Assembly (NCBI GenBank): GCA_043228905.1
Contig: JBHGNT010000007.1
Coordinates: forward strand, 17,856,001 to 17,920,000
Source of the DNA: Azolla caroliniana
Taxonomy: Eukaryota; Plantae; Polypodiophyta
Direction: 5' to 3'
DNA: 64,000 nucleotides
The notes under the pieces: model-generated
Told to the model about the DNA's origin: nothing
Databases searched by the model: none
Seen by the model: only the letters and a program-made list of their open reading frames with translations
Shown here: piece after piece, positions 23,567-36,649 of the stretch
How positions within the stretch are numbered: the first letter of the stretch is position 1
Layout of the letters: each line of letters starts with the position of its first letter
Made by a program: the position numbers and the translations under genes

Positions 23567-25908
23567 TCATTCGAATCTCTGGACAAGATTGTAGCCACGC
23601 TCGTGTTCCCATGCTCTTTGTGCCATCATAGTCAACGACGACCTCGCATCACGTTCATCCACGACTTCCCTCGAGAAAGGGATCCGAATCTCCACCAACT
23701 CCTGAGAGTTTGTAAGTATACTCATATCGAATCCAAGATGATCGACCCATGTTAATCGGGCTTCCTCTACCTGAGAGACCACAATGACAAATGCACCAAT
23801 TAGGTGAATACAATCAATTTCACAAACAACCCCAATACAAGGGGAATAATATCGGATGAATTTCACAAATAACACATGTTAATCAAACTTCCTCTACCCG
23901 AGACCACAATGACAAATACAACCACTTGGGTGAATAATATTAGTTGGACCACTTACCATAAGGTCGAGCTGAGCATAAACATTGCAAAACTGTCGTATAT
24001 CCTCCCAATGATTTCTGTTCATGTCTTCAACTATTTTCGCTGCACAGTCTCGAAGTGGATCCGCTGAAGCTTGCTCATATTCCAAGGTTGATACTACAGC
24101 ACTTGGCTGATAGAAGGTGAAAGGCACAACAAATTCAAGAATCCAAAAAGGATGAAAACCCTCGTATTTCGTTCACAAGACATGTTTTTCCAGAAACTTT
24201 CAATATTTACCTCACCATAATCCAATGAATGAAGGATACTTTCAATCTTCATGATATGGAAACAATCTCCATCCTTTGACTCTTCACCAAATCGTTTCTC
24301 CCAAACACCTCTTAGTTTCTGTCCAATCATTCAATGCATTGCCATTTAAGTTTATCTATGCAATATGTTAGGAACGCGTAGTTAAAATTGAAGTAATTTT
24401 AACATTATATTTTGTGAAAAACAAAAGTTATGGTTACAAATTTGCAATCCAAGTAAAATACCTCTTCTTGCATACATATTGGGCACAACAAACACTGTTA
24501 AGTGGAACAATTTTCATGGGTTTCAGTTCAAATATGGGGTGGCAAGGTTCCACAAGTTAATGTTCCATGCAATCGATAGTAATCAATTGCATAAAAAATG
24601 CTATGAGACATACAGAAGAACTCGATATTATTAAAAGGAACCTAAAAACTACTTAAAAACTAACCTAAAAACTACTTAAAAAAACTAACTTTATTCACAA
24701 ACAAAGATTGTGAGCAATAGAAAAAGAAAGAATGTGTGGGCACATACAGATACATAATACACACACACACACACACACACACATGTGTGTGTGTGTGTGT
24801 GCATGAATCCCACCTCATTTAATATAGCATCTTCTACTCTTGAAACTCGTCCTTTAAATGTGCATTGCGTCTTACGATGCCCACGGTGCTCAATCTGGTA
24901 CCTCAAAACAACAATAAAAACAAGGTTATAACATTTACAGTTTGTAATATGTATCTCATACAATTTCATTCCAATGCTTGGGATTCTCAATAGTCACACA
25001 CCAGATAGCCTATATACATGTATAACAAGCTCATTATCGCACTGAGATGCATGAGTGTGCGCATATATGTATATGTATGCACATATGTATGTATAATATA
25101 TAATATAACATGTATATGAGCTTATGTATGGATGAATACTCACACCATTGATGAGTTTTTCACACTGAGTGTGTATGCATATACAGCCACATTTTTATAT
25201 GTGCTTATATCTACAGAATATTTCATTCCCTTCCTTTAGAGGAGAGGAAAGGTCCGAAAACTTGTTTGCCTGCGTGAAAATAAATCTTTTGATTACATTA
25301 AAACTTTCACATTATCTACTACTTACTTCAATATGCAAGCAATACCATCTATTACACAACTCTGATCTTTTGTGCTACAAATTAGATGCATTTTAAATAA
25401 ATTTTAGCAACATACATAGGTATTATGTACACATAATTTGAAAGAGGAATTTGGATAGAACACAGACCTGTATATGCAAGCTACATCTACAATCAGATTG
25501 TAGGTATTTGCTATGGAGGTGAGACGGATGCAGGTTGAAGACAGGGGAGCCATGTTCTGCTTCGACCGCGAATCGCACTGACGATCCGAAAGGCCATCCA
25601 TCAGGAATAGAAGAAGTACAGAGAACGCCTTCATTGCACACATCTACCAGTGTTCTTGCTTCCTCTGCCGAAGAGGGTCTTTTCTGAGTACGAGAAGAGG
25701 AGGAGGAGGAGGAGGAGGAAGGGGAAGAGGAAGAAAGCGTCTGTGCTCTGAGAATGCGGAGTAATGGCGGAGCTCTGACGGAGTTAAGGTGCGTACAGGG
25801 TAATGAGTGAGGGCGAGGGAAACATGAGTTGGGTCCATGACAGAGTGAAGAAGAAGAAGAAGAAGAAAGAGGAGGTATGGTGATGGATCCTCCTCCTATG
25901 AGAGCCAT
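23567..25908 (-). CDS. GBP: Glutamyl-tRNA reductase-binding protein, chloroplastic (GluTR-BP / PGR7-like), 5 exons, ~327 aa
   Basis: Exons 25908-25468, 24894-24814, 24318-24211, 24106-23957 and 23770-23567, all GT-AG and phase 0. Ser-rich transit peptide; motifs PSSAEEARTL, DGWPFGSSVRFAV, ADPLRDCAAKIVEDMNRNHWED, WVDHLGFD and RIPFSREVVDERDARSSLTMMAQRAWE. Confidence 0.92.
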
Positions 25909-25934
25909 GGTTTGCGAGTGAATGAATGTAAAGC

Positions 25935-26309
25935 TAGAAACAGAGTATGTATGTACATATAGAGAAACAGAGTATGTATAGAGGAACAGAGTATGTACAT
26001 ATAGAGAAACAGAGTATCTACATATAGAAAGAAAGAAAGAAAGAAAGATATATTAACGTCTTCTAAGGCCAAAATTGGCCCATGAGACAAATGGTGTACA
26101 ACAAAAATGGGATATTTACCCATTCATCGAAAGTAAAAATAAAAATAAGATAAAATAGAGTTTAAGCTAAATAGTTCTAAGAAAACAACAAACATGTTCT
26201 ATATAAAAAACATGTTCTACAATGAGAATGATTCTATAGAGAAACAGAGTATGTATAGAAACAGAGTATGTATAGAGAAACAGAGTATGTATGTATAGAG
26301 AAACAGAGA
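25935..26309. repeat. Short degenerate tandem repeats (TAGAGAAACAGAGTATGTA) in the GBP 5' region
   Basis: Two clusters of about 4 copies each at ~25935-26030 and ~26235-26309. Confidence 0.75.
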
Positions 26310-26874
26310 GCTCTCTAACTACTACCAAATATTTAAGAGGGCTAAGTGAGGGAATCGCGGAGAGGGACATTGCAGGTCGCACCGCTGATGGCGCGTTCGA
26401 TCTCCACCGTCCAAGATGGTTAAAAAGCTGACAGCCTCTGTCACCAGGAGCTCGACTCTGTGTAAAGGAGCCCGACTCTCTGACAACCTCTTTGTGAAAA
26501 GGAGCCCGACTCTGTCAAAAGGAACCCCGCTGTCAGACAGCCCCTGTACACAGGAGCCCGACTTTGTCAGAAGGAGCCCCGTTGTCTGACAAGCTGTCAG
26601 TAAGAAGGAGCCCGGCTCTGTCAAAAGGAGCCCCGCAGTTTGACAACCTTTGTCATCAGGAGCCCGACCGACTCAGGGAAGGAGCTCGACTTAAAAACAA
26701 ACATCAAAAACTCCAAAAAATGGTAAGTGTACCACAAATATTTGCCATGAAAATGATCATAAAATTTCTCAAAAAAACCTAAAGATTCAAATAACAAGTC
26801 TTACATAAAATATTAAAACGTCAAATGTTGACAACCCTAAAATGAAATATGAATATACACGTTACATATTAAGA

Positions 26875-29816
26875 TTATGGCTCATGTCGGGATGATTGCA
26901 AGATGCAACCACAATTTTTACATGTAACATTCGAGTCCCTTGAAGTCAAGGTCAACCCATCGCAGCGCAAACACCGAACCTTCTCATGGTCACCTATTGG
27001 CAATCGCCTCCTAGCCCAACTTGTACCTCTTTGTAGTTTTTCGGAGTGGGATTTGGAAGTGTCTGGGGAGCTACCAGTAAGTTCTTGCGAGATGTCTATT
27101 GTTGCACTTCTTTTGGCACCGATTTGTTGGTTGCGACTTATTGATCTGCCATCTTCTTGATTGGTTGATTTTGGTGCACCAACGCGATACACCTTCTCAA
27201 CCACATCTTCCACTGTTTGTATACCTTTGACAATAGTTGCACGGTTGAAGGTTCCTAACCCTTGCTCGAGACATTGAAGTGCTTTCACGACCGTTTGTAT
27301 TTTGGACTTGAATGATTCAATCTCGGATGTTGTGGGGTTTGTCTCCTCGACTCGTTCTACCTCTACCTCCACTACTATTTCTATATTATGGTCCATTCGC
27401 ATTTGGGTCACGTGATCTATAAAAGGCAATGAGCCACATAAATGTGGCATATGCCTCTCAATAATCATTCGGATACCGAGTAAATGCTTACATTTACTCG
27501 CAATGTCTTGGCAATCACAATATGAACATTGGAGTGAGACATTATACCATACAGTGGGAGTCCTCATGCTCAAGATTCTAAACCAATATTGGGCCTCGTC
27601 GACAATTTCCATTGTGGAAGTATCATCGACATACCTTTCCAATATTCTCTCCGCTTCTTTAAGTTGGGACCTTTGATCCCTACAATTCACACGGGGTGCA
27701 AACCAACCACTCTCACATATTTCTTGTCGTTGCTTGTACCACTCTATTACTGTTCCTCCTATGCAAGTGCCAGTTTCACTGTCCCCGATTAAGACATGTA
27801 GAAGGTCGATAATTGATTGGTTTATTCTTCCTCTCAAGGCAGTATACTTGATAAACTGCCAATGTCTTTCCACAATATTGGTAGTGTCAACGTGTCCATA
27901 GTTGAACATTCTACCAAACTTGGGCCAGAGTTTCCTCCACACACATGTCAGACCACACCATCCTCCTTCTATATATTGCCAAACATCGGGCTTGTCTGCA
28001 TATTCTACCTTTAACTCCTCACACATCGCATTGAATGTGGATTCAGTAATGCATTGCATCAGTTGGCACGTTCATTGATAACGATGGCTTCTCTGAGTTG
28101 CACTTACTTTTGGCAACAAGTTGTCCACCCATGACTTTTTTGCATGAAACTGACACAACAGAAGTCGACAATGTGTTTGCGACCGTTGCCCATTTACAAC
28201 AATTCAAGATTGATGGTCTATTGCAACCATATTAGTTATGGCATTATATGATGTCCAACATTTATCAATCACTATCACATTTGGCCTCACTGTGGGCATC
28301 CTTGCGAATATGATTCTCAAACAAGTTTCTAATGCGACTTGCTCATGGTTTGACCCCTTATCAGAACTACAAAGCATGTACCATAATGGGATCCCAATTC
28401 CCATGGCGTTGGGGGCAACTGCTGCATATAATGGTAGCCCGAATTGGTTTGTTTTAAATGTCGAGTCAATTGCCCAAGAGTTGTTTAGGGTCAACTGCTC
28501 ACACATTTCCAACATCCATTGATCTTGAAGTATCAAGATAAATGGTTGTTTGGCGGGAGATCCTGGTTCACCAGGTAGGTAGGGTTGAACATGAGCGACT
28601 TTCCCAAGATCTCGAAGTGCATAGGCATCTTGCATCATCAAAGCTCAATCAACCTTAGTCATGGCACTCCCGAATTTTAACCTATTTGCTATGTTATGGA
28701 CCTCCTTTGGTATCATAAAGAACCGATAGCTAACAAGCTCTAATGGACTAGCCTTGGACTTATGATATGCTTCCTTACGCATGCTCATTCGTGCCACATG
28801 CCTTGCACACCCAACATCAAATAGGTCATCTTTGCAACAACTTATGACATTGGGGTGTACTGGCAAGTGGTACACATCCAACCTACTACATGGTACATGA
28901 CCACTATGAGGTCCATATATTGAAATGGTAAGTGTCTCATTGTCAACACCGTCATTCATTCTAACGTCCACATGGAATGTGCACCCACATCGGGGTGTGC
29001 ACATGCGTCATGTCCTAGCACAATGTCAACTATACCTAGTCACATGCATACCCTTCTTGACTCCTTTCCTTAAATGTGTCTGGTTTTTGGTTTGCAAATC
29101 TGTGAGCACATAATCTAACTGGTGGGTTTCTACCTTGATCACTTCTATGGGTAGGGTCTTGTTATATTTGGCCATGCTTGATCCCAAAACTTCTATCGGG
29201 TCGACCTTCGATACCATTTGCCAACCACAACTTGTAATGAGTGCTTTTACGTACTCCGGTGGGATGCCATAATCACGTACATCAGTCGCATAAACTAGCT
29301 TTAACTCTTTAAGAGTCTTTGAAAACGTGTGTCACCATGTGATGCTAATACTACTTCCCTCCATTTGTCAACGTATAATACTTGAAGATTAGGTGATGCT
29401 TTAAGGTAAATTGCACTCTCATTCCCGAGTATGAGACGACTCTTCATGTGCCTCCATGCATGAAGTGAAAGAGGTGCTCCCCTTGTGACATCACGTAATG
29501 CTTCCAATGTTACCTTAACTTGTCCTAATAAATCTTTAACCATCAAATTATACGTACCTCTTGAAAATGCAAAATACTTGGGGGAACAATACATGAAGGG
29601 ATCGACCGCCTCATCCTCACGATCGGAATCTGATGACTCAAAAGGAATCTCCAATTCGTCCTCAGATACAAACGATGCATTGGATGACCATGACGTATCC
29701 TCCGATTCATCTTCCGACATGGCGAAGACATCATATTGTGCTCTCCATAGCAAATACAATATGATCCAGAATGCCAGTGATTGAGGTGAATTAAGTGAAT
29801 GTGAGAGATTATGCAA
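26875..29816 (-). pseudogene. MULE transposase with SWIM zinc finger, disrupted
   Basis: DSTFKTNQFGLPL (first D), IVIDK (second D), LLCQFH, TTNIVERHW (E), SWIM CDC...CKH and a C-terminal CxxC-CxxC. Split into ORFs 29301-29816, 29026-29217, 28645-29004, 28204-28641 and 26875-28059. Confidence 0.9.
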
Positions 29817-30418
29817 ATGAATGAAGTGAATGAATTCAAATAATTCACATGAATGGAGTGGATTATTTCAGCTCTTCTTCAATGATTTAGTTAGAGAATG
29901 TTTAGGGCTATTAGTGAACAATCGAGAATGAGGGTGAATGAAATGAGTGCGAGTGATTAATAGACTATTAAGGAAGGGAATGAGTTCAATCCTTAGTGAA
30001 TGAGTCTACCTCTTAGTGCATGCTACTGAATTTGATGAATCAATTTGCTATAGTCGTTAGTATGATCATTGAAACGCCATCATTACACATAATTTGGCAA
30101 TTGACTATTAATGAGTCGGGCTCCCTTTTTGAAATGAGTCGGGCTCCTCATTAATCAGTCGGGCTCCCTCTTTTGGAACGAGTCGGGCTCCTCGTTAATC
30201 AGTCGGGTTCCTCATTAATTAGTCGGGCTCCCTACACCAAAAAAATTTGTACATTGCTTTCTCTACCTTCTCCATTATTGACTATTATTGCATTGTCTAG
30301 TATTGCTTTGTCGGCAATCTCTATTATTGACTAGTATTGCATTATTGTACATTGCTTTTGAATAAGATTCACATTGAGTCACACACTATTTAGAATGAGA
30401 TTCAAATTGAGTCATATA

Positions 30419-30852
30419 CAACCAGAATGTACATCAAATTGAGTCATATACAACCAGAATGAGATTCAAATAATAGGACTCACAACCAGAATGAGATTCA
30501 AATAATAAGACTCACAACCAGAATGAGATTCAAATAATAGGACTCACAAACAGAATGAGATTCAAATAATAAGACTCACAACCAAAATGAGATTCAAATA
30601 ATAGGACTCACAACCTAAATGAGATTCAAATAATAAGACTCACAACTAGAATGAGATTCAAATAATAAGACTCACAACCAGAATGAGATTCAAATAATAA
30701 GACTCACAACTAGAATGAGATTTAACTAATAAGACTCACAACCAGAATGTACATCAAATTGAGTCATATACAACCAGAATGAGATTCAAATAATACGACT
30801 CACAACCAGAATGTACATCAAATTGAGTCATATACAACCAAAATGAGATTCA
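30419..30852. repeat. 32-bp tandem array (~13 units, two unit types) inside MULE copy 1
   Basis: Units CAACCAGAATGAGATTCAAATAATAAGACTCA and CAACCAGAATGTACATCAAATTGAGTCATATA. Confidence 0.92.
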
Positions 30853-30959
30853 ACTATTTACCAGATATTACAAAAAAGTTGGCAATTCGCATGAGATAGT
30901 AAATCGAGATCATATGTTTGATGTTACAAAGTACAACATGCTAGTGATTAAAATAACCC

Positions 30960-32172
30960 TATACCTAGAGTCCTTCGTGTCCATTTTGCCATGATTTTCC
31001 GAAGGAGCTCTACGTCTTCGAATCCAAACCATTGCTCCCTGCCCTACACCACAAGATGCCATCAACCTAAGCCCTTACAAAAACAAATGCTCAAATTCAA
31101 TTCTCATAAATACTTACAAATTGATCGGACTCAAATCCTTGAATGAACTCCTCGACCAACATTCGAATGGTTTGCATCACGTAATACCCATAATCCGTCC
31201 CATTAGGTTGGGTTGGGATATGCAATACCTGGAATCGCTCGTTGTTGATGATGCAATGGTCGTGTGTGGCGCTAGAGATATGTCGTACAACCACATAAGA
31301 TGCACACATAAGATGCACACAAGATGCACACATAATCATAAACCATACTTACATAAGCTTCAAACACAACCACAATCTTCAACTTCAATTTTGCCATCCT
31401 ATGCTCCTTTCCCTCGTCATACCTGGCCATCTCTTGGCTGACGAATTGGGTAATGAAATCGGCCTCCTTGGATGTTCAAAGTGCGTCCGGAGTGGCTTTG
31501 AAGATCTGAATCGTTCTTGTGCTCAAATTTCTCATGTGTGATTGGCGTGATCTGTTGTACTTTAGCTCCGGATCCAAAAAACGCTTTTTTGATCATTGTC
31601 TTTCGTAGTGGCTGAAGAATGACGTGGTTGTACTCCTCATGGAGGTCGATTGCTCTTCTTCTTCTATCTTTAGCCCCCGAAGCAATACTACACGGATGCC
31701 ATGTGCCTTCTGTAAGTGAGTCTCCATGTCAGTTTTTTTGCGAAACCATCGTACCTCTTTTCTACATGAATCTCCAACGATACATGTGCGACATTTGATA
31801 CCTGTTGAGTCTCTTCCCGCCTTGAAGAGGGACATAGGGTCCATATACTTACTTCAATAATGATTATAAGAATGTACATCAACTCACCATTTACATTGAT
31901 ATCTTCAACACCTGGCCCCACGTCATGTATGGGGTTCGTATCCATGTTCGAGTCTTTAGTAATGATGTTTTCAGCATCCATATTGTTGGATTTGGGGCAC
32001 CTAGCACCCTTTCTTACAAAAACCCTAAACCATCATTCAAGTTAGCACACAAACATCACTATTTATACATAATATATACTTGAGAAATGATTCAGGCCAT
32101 ACCTCCCTTCATAGTGTATTGTTTCACCCAATCCGCATCAAAATCTATGAAGGTCTTGGACTGACTAGCCAT
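30960..32172 (-). pseudogene. Second MULE gene: probably spliced, C2H2-like zinc finger plus Ulp1/C48 protease C-terminal remnant
   Basis: Candidate first exon MASQSKTFIDFDADWVKQYTMKG (32172-32103, GT donor). CRTC...HLQKAH at 31593-31844. IPTQPNGTDYGYYVM at 31097-31339 resembles the Ulp1 PQQxNxxDCG motif with Cys>Tyr. Confidence 0.6.
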
Positions 32173-33669
32173 TTGTACAAAACACATACCATCTTCAAAA
32201 ACCACCAATGGATCTACGATCATATTTGGACATCTAAAAATGACTTAGAATTACTACTAATTGTATCAATCTTACTTTATAAGACATCCCAAACTAACTT
32301 GAATGGTTTTTATAAATCAAATTGATGCAAAAGATTGACCCCTTCATTTGTAAGGATAATAATCACATCACTTTCATTGCTTCCAATTGTTAAGCTTTTC
32401 AAATTAAGAATGCAACCAAATGTAGAGACAAGAAGAATTTATTAAGGGTCTTCAGGACCATGATTATGTTATGACCATAGAGAAGCTCATTGTGGTTGCT
32501 TTAATGGACAACTTAAACACTTAACCTATCATACTTCAAACTATGCAAGACAACAATTACATGACTATGCCATGCTCATAGAGAAGCTCATCATCATATT
32601 GTACGAACAATCTAAACACTTCAGATTATGTGAGAGAACAATTTCATCATGATCCTATCCTTCACCATATTATCATATTGAGGAGTTTATGGACTCTATG
32701 TTTTGTTTAGGTTTTTTCTTATTACCTAAGTTTGTCAAGAGTATGTCACCAACTTGAGAAGGAAGTATTGCAACATGGCCAAAACTGGAGAAGACTATTT
32801 TTGTCTGGGTTGATTGAATACAAAATGGAGTAGGATACACCATAAGAACATTATTGTTATCTCATGGAGGATTTTAAGTAATGTAGTTGTTGTCACATTA
32901 GCATGCATAACCTTCTAAGTAGTTCCTCATTCATCAAAAAACATAGTACATAGAAACGTTGTGAATAAGCTTAACGGCTAGAAAGACTGGTTTAGGATAG
33001 ATATCATATAAAAAAATTTCTCCAACAATTCCAAGAGAAAAATACACGGGCATGTCATCTTCAGTAAATAGGATGAGATTTCTGAGCTTTCACAAATTGA
33101 ACACACAAATATTAAGCAATTCATAAATAGACAGGAAATATGATACATACCTCTAGACAACAGGTAAGCAGGTGCTTGCGGACAATAGGACAGCAGGTGG
33201 TGCGCCTCGCTCCTAAACCCTAAAGCCTAAACCTCTGTCTACCTGTTTGTAAACAGGCAAAAATGACAGGTATGGGTTTTTATACTCAATCCCATTCATA
33301 GAGTCGGGCTCCCTTTCACAGAGTCGGGCTCCTTCTTTAATGAGTCAGGCTCCCCAAAAATTGGACTTTTGATGGCGCATTTTTTCGCACCTTTTCTTCA
33401 TCTAGATTGGACGTGCAGATCGCATGTGTCCTCATCTAGCGACCTGCACCATCCCTCTTCGCGATTCCCTCACTTGCCCTCATAAATATTTGTTGGTAGT
33501 TAGACACCACGAAACAGAGACATTTCATTCATTCATCATCCTACCCATACATATACATACATACATACAATCCATCCATAGTACATACCATAAAAAAATC
33601 CATTCATTGAAACTGAGTTATGTATAGAGAAACAGAGACATTTCATTCATTCTTCATCCTACCCATACC

Positions 33670-35320
33670 AGTCGACCGAGAAAAAGGTGGGACCGACACC
33701 AGTCGAAGTCGAGAAATAGCCTACCAAGTGATTTTTGCACCCACTTTAGAAAAGTCGGTCACAACGTTTCCGACTGCTGGTCAATCAAGAGGAAGGAGAA
33801 CAGTTGGTGATTCGAGCAGAACTCAGGACGATCCGACTCGAATTGTTCTCCATCCGGCAAGGAATTCGGGTCGGGAGAAATCCTCTCCCTGGAAGATTCG
33901 CACAAGATGGGCAAATGTGGCTATTAGACTCTGGTGCCACATTTCACGTGACCCCAAATATCGAATTCAAACTATTCAGTCGGAGCCGACGACACTGTCT
34001 GACTCGGCAATGGGCAGGAACGCAAAATCGCTAGAATCGGCGAAGTACCACTTCGATTATCAAACGACAACACGATCATCATGCATCATGTTCGGCATTT
34101 ACCCGATCTAAAATGGAGTCTAGTCTCCATCGACATGTTAGCCAAAGATGGTACCGCACGACTCTCAGTGAGTTGTCATGGACGATCAATTGAGGGAATA
34201 TGAACATCGGTTGTGGATACAAGTACAACAACTTGTATCCGTTGATGGCCATCAGTCCAGAAGGGGTCTTGGCATGGCTGACTTGGCCATATGTCACAAG
34301 CCGAACTGGACTGACTGATGACAATTGGCTACATTTCGAAGCTCCAGTCGAAAACATACTTCTGTGAGCATTTTCATTACGGGAAACAGACCCTAAGTCC
34401 ACACTCTCTTCACTACGAGACGGGATCCAGGAAGGGTGACGACAATGCTCCAGCAATCGGAATTGAAGCTAGAACTCTAGGCTGAAGCATTGCAGACAAC
34501 AGTATATCTGAACAATTTGTCACCGTTAAGAGAAATATCATTCAAAGTGCCACAGGTACTATGGTCAGGCAAACAACTGACCTATGATAGGCTTCGTATG
34601 TTCGGATGCGAAGCCTACATTTTCACCCCCAGGGATAAAGGGACCAAGTTAGCTCCCCATGCACTTAAATGTATATTTCTCGGTTATGGAACCGATGGGG
34701 ACTTCGGCTACCAACTATGGGACCTAGAGAACTGGAAATTAATTTGGAGCAGTGATGTAGTCTTCAATGAAGACTCGATTCTCTCTCAACAGAACTAATA
34801 GAAAATAGTTGGCGAAAAGGTCTCCTTCGATACCGACAAAGATGTCATAGAAGGACCAGCCCATGGCGTTGAGTCGACAATTCGACAATTAGTCGAAATC
34901 GACTGAGCTACCGAACACCTCGTCCACTTCGAATTGACAAGAGGTCCACTAGTTGAAACTACCTCGACTAGAAGATTAACTAGAGCTGAAACAAACAAAG
35001 ACCAATTGGTCGACTCACCAATTCGACCAAGTCGGAGCTGACTCGACCGAGTCGACTTGACCAAGGCCCCAACGCCTAAGTCAATCGATTTCGACCAAGA
35101 GAAGGATGATTCGACATCGTCGAAAGCTTGTTGTAGGGGTGAATCATCCAACAAGACTCATGTAGATAGTGGTTCAACAAATGCCAATCAAAGTATCCGA
35201 ACCGAATGCGACAAAACATAGGAGATCTGGATGATTTCGAAGGCCGACTGAGTTCTATCAACCGGGCATTGACTACGTCAACTACACGGACGCAAGCGAA
35301 CCAAGCTCTTACAAGGAAGT
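33670..35320 (+). mobile_element. Internally deleted Copia remnant (protease, integrase C-terminus)
   Basis: WLLDSGATFHVTP (33804-34034); KLAPHALKCIFLGYG...SSDVVFNE (34490-34798); EPSSYKE just before 35321. Confidence 0.85.
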
Positions 35321-36269
35321 TGTCATGGACACACCAAGCGTGGACTGGGACGGAGCACAGATGATGGGGCTACGAGCAACGTGCTACGAACTTAGAGCTA
35401 GAAGTGATGAGGTTAGGAACCCTGGAAGTTATGAGCGACATGACAACATGAAGATAGAGATGAAGAAGGAGACAAGATGGAATGAAATGAGAATACTAGA
35501 TTGATGTGTCAATGACTTGTGTAGAATCCCCTTCGAGTGAATTTTCGTATTGTTCTGTGTTGATGATCCAAATTGTTGTCGTAGACTATCACCCAATCTC
35601 CTTCTTCAATCTTCTGTGTTCGTAGATGGTGATTTTTGTTGAATCGTCATTTGCTCCGGAATGGTCGTGAAGTATGAAAGCTTCACATCAAAAGTCTACA
35701 ATAAGATAAATACATACATAACTAAAATAAAAAGAATCTTGATAGTGTTTTATATAATATTATATAGGTGAATATAGTAAAACACTATATTATGAGAACA
35801 AGAGAGGACTTAAACTAACAACCTACACCTTATGAGCCTCACATGTTACCAATTAGCCAACATTCATGATATATAATACATAAATAATATTATAATACAT
35901 TATATACAACGACTATAGAAAGAAAAAGAATTGTACTACATGCACTAGAGAGGACTCAAACCCACAACCTCAACTTTGAAAGACTCAATTACTACCACTC
36001 AACCAATACTTACAACACATCAAAGTGTTGTATTATTTGAACTTGGATTAAATAGTGTAAACATTGTAATGTATTACATGTGCACCATATAGCACACATG
36101 CAAGAACCTATATGCATGTGCGCCACATGGACCACATGCAAGACTATCCCTTTGCTATAAAAAGAGAAGGGGATGTAGTCACAAAGATACGAAGAAATAA
36201 GATTGAATCGAATTATATTGGATCAAGAGTGAATATAATATATCATAATAGACACACACACACACACAC

Positions 36270-36309
<40 letters not shown>

Positions 36310-36590
36310 CTTCAAAAGACTAGAAGAGAACTAGCTTGGCGGTTGTGGTCCTCAACGGAAGGGCAGTGGTTCGAGTCTTATCCTTGTCGAAATATTGAAG
36401 GGAAGATTATGGTCTACTATCAAGGAAGGCAATAGCGGTTACTTTGTGAGACGAAAATGGAAGGTCCAACGACGCTCGCAACCATTTTGTAACTCTTTCA
36501 TGATAATGATTATAAATTTCCTACGTTTTCTCAAATATTATTTTATATCTTATCTTGCCATATCTTATATTCCTTAAAAATCCTACCTTG
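35321..36590. repeat. Probable LTR-derived segment, boundaries uncertain
   Basis: Begins TGTCATGGA, the same terminus as the LTR at 40003, exactly where the Copia frame stops. TATAAAA near 36156 followed by (CA)n(GA)n. No matching partner LTR found. Confidence 0.35.
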
Positions 36591-36649
36591 TCATATCTTG
36601 TTGATCTCTATTTACTGTATCTCTACTGTTTCGTCTCGTCCGTCCATAA

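Larger units (their letters stand above)
26308..33510 (-). mobile_element. Mutator-like DNA transposon (MULE) copy 1, both ends present, two genes
   Basis: Imperfect ~100-bp TIRs (TCTAACTAC...AAATATTTA.GAGGGC.AAGTGAGGGAATCGCG). TSD GAAACAGA(GA), 8-10 bp, at 26300- and 33511-. Subterminal GGAGCCCGACTC repeats at 26447-26690 and, inverted, at 30113-30232 and 33301-33353. Confidence 0.88.

Noticed and set aside
30419-30852. 32-bp periodic array as a CRISPR array
   Set aside because: Units are contiguous with no unique spacers, there are no cas genes, and it lies inside a eukaryotic DNA transposon.
32200-33160. Captured host gene fragment (Pack-MULE) in the segment unique to MULE copy 1
   Set aside because: No recognisable coding similarity by eye; it may be a decayed insertion. 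A BLAST search is needed.
35790-36010. tRNA/SINE-like B-box remnants (GAGAGGACTCAAACCCACAACCT)
   Set aside because: Only short partial matches, with no A-box, cloverleaf, tail or TSD that I could establish.
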